DNA from: Chrysomallon squamiferum
Taxonomy: Eukaryota > Animalia > Mollusca
DNA: 64,000 bases
NCBI GenBank assembly: GCA_012295275.1
Contig: CM022678.1
Span: forward strand, 8,680,001 to 8,744,000
Direction: 5' to 3'
In this document: positions 62,428 through 64,000 of the stretch, one piece after another
Position numbering within the stretch: the stretch's first letter is position 1
Layout of the letters: every line of letters starts with the position of its first letter
The notes under the pieces: model-generated
Database searches by the model: none
Seen by the model: only the letters and a program-made list of their open reading frames with translations
What the model was told of the DNA's origin: nothing
Program-made: the position numbers and the translations under genes

Positions 62428-64000
62428 TAAAAACACCATAATCTAAGTAAATACAAACATACAAACAAGGCTCAAAACTCATCTGAAATAAATTGAGTGA
62501 CACTAAATTGTTTTTGGTAGCCCGAACAAAAAATATTCATATTTCAACTTTTGAGTGTAGGAAAAAAATACTCACTGTTCATTAACTTTTGAAGTAAGAT
62601 AAAAAAAAATATGCTTCGAAGAGTCACTTATGCAAATATACCAACAAATGTGATACTGAAATTCTTCTTTATCAAGAGAAAGAAAAATCAAATCTTTTTT
62701 TTAACATCCCAGTCACCCAAACAGAACTTTGGTAGCATTTGGTGACTGGCCACTTCGAGCCCTTTCATATGTACCTGTATTTAAACATTTATATGTACAT
62801 ATGTATTTAAACATATTACTATTATTTATTATTTTGTCATCTTCACGATTGGCTAAAATATATCCAGAAAAGATTTATTTTCAGCTTGCACAATTAAGTT
62901 TGCAAATCAAGATTACTTATTTAGCAGTTTTGGAAGGAAAGCTGGATCAGCCACAATTAACAAACTCAAAATTGTTTCCAGCTAAATGTTTCTTTTTTTC
63001 ATGGAATTCCTCTGAGAAAATATATTTCAGGTTAGCTAGATATATATATATATATATATGTTTGTGTAATTCCCAACTTTACTTAAAAACTGTTAAGGTT
63101 TATTTTAAAAAATATAAATTATTTATAAAACAAATATATATTTCCTTAATTATTAGGATCAACATTGATTGTCAAAAACAAAAACATGATATAAAAATAC
63201 ATTTTTGCCTTAACACAAAAATTAAAGTTAACAATAATAATATTTATTTATTATTAATATTATTGTCATTATTATTATATTAACATTAGCATAATCACCA
63301 CCATTATTATCATAATCATTTCTGTTACTATGTTTTCTTAGATACAGATTACTAAGAACTTTAAAATTTAAAGATTGTTCACCTTCTGTGTATCTCCTTG
63401 ACATTTCCAGAGCTTTTCAAAATGGAGCAGTTATTTCATAACCCTTTAGGAAAGAAAGAAAATAAAACAAAACATGAAATCACATTCCTATATAAAATGA
63501 TTTGATCAACCAAGATTTTAATATATAATTTTAATTTAGTTATTGATGTTGATTTACTAATTTCCTGTAGTACATTACATATTTTAATTATACACAGATA
63601 AAAACTGAAGATAACATTAACATATTAGAAAAGATATTTGTTGTTTTTTTAAACATATTCTCTGTTAATCCTTAGATTCATCATCTTCAAATATAATCAT
63701 AAAACAGCTGTAGTGTTGATAAGAAAACAGGAGAGTGAAAATTAATAAATATTTAATGTGTAATGCTAGTTAATATTCTCAGCAATTCCAATGTGTGAAG
63801 GCAACACAGAAAGTGAAGGTATATTTGTTATAAATCTAAACAGTTAACAATATTCTCAATGATTTAGTTTTTAATATCTAAGAATAATGTGATATAAAAA
63901 GAAATAAATCTTCAACAGTTAAAATGCATATTAATAATAACAAAAACAAACAACTAAAAACAACAAATCCACAACAAACAGCCAGTGTTACTTCTGGAAA

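Overview
AT-rich, microsatellite-rich animal (probably invertebrate, mollusc-like) genomic DNA with two 200-N scaffold gaps (4652-4851, 25347-25546). The main content is three near-identical two-coding-exon genes encoding a RING-HC / coiled-coil / CA-rich linker repeat / NHL-type beta-propeller protein with no recognisable B-box, i.e. a TRIM-NHL-like E3 ligase. Copy 1 (+, 1957-3981) and copy 2 (-, 23390-25346, cut by a gap) are disrupted. Copy 3 (-, 37131-39216) is intact at 595 aa. In the propeller, the differences I can see between copies are amino-acid changing and cluster in short loops, suggesting a diversifying immune-type receptor/ligase family. Around the genes lie a ~16 kb 71-bp satellite decaying into (GT)n, a tandemly duplicated upstream region, and intron-containing decayed fragments of three unrelated genes (CAMSAP/Patronin CKK end, a multi-EGF protein, an IRAG/LRMP-like protein). 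There are also relics of Tc1/mariner, LINE and piggyBac elements and several minisatellites. All comparisons were done by eye; no database searches were run.
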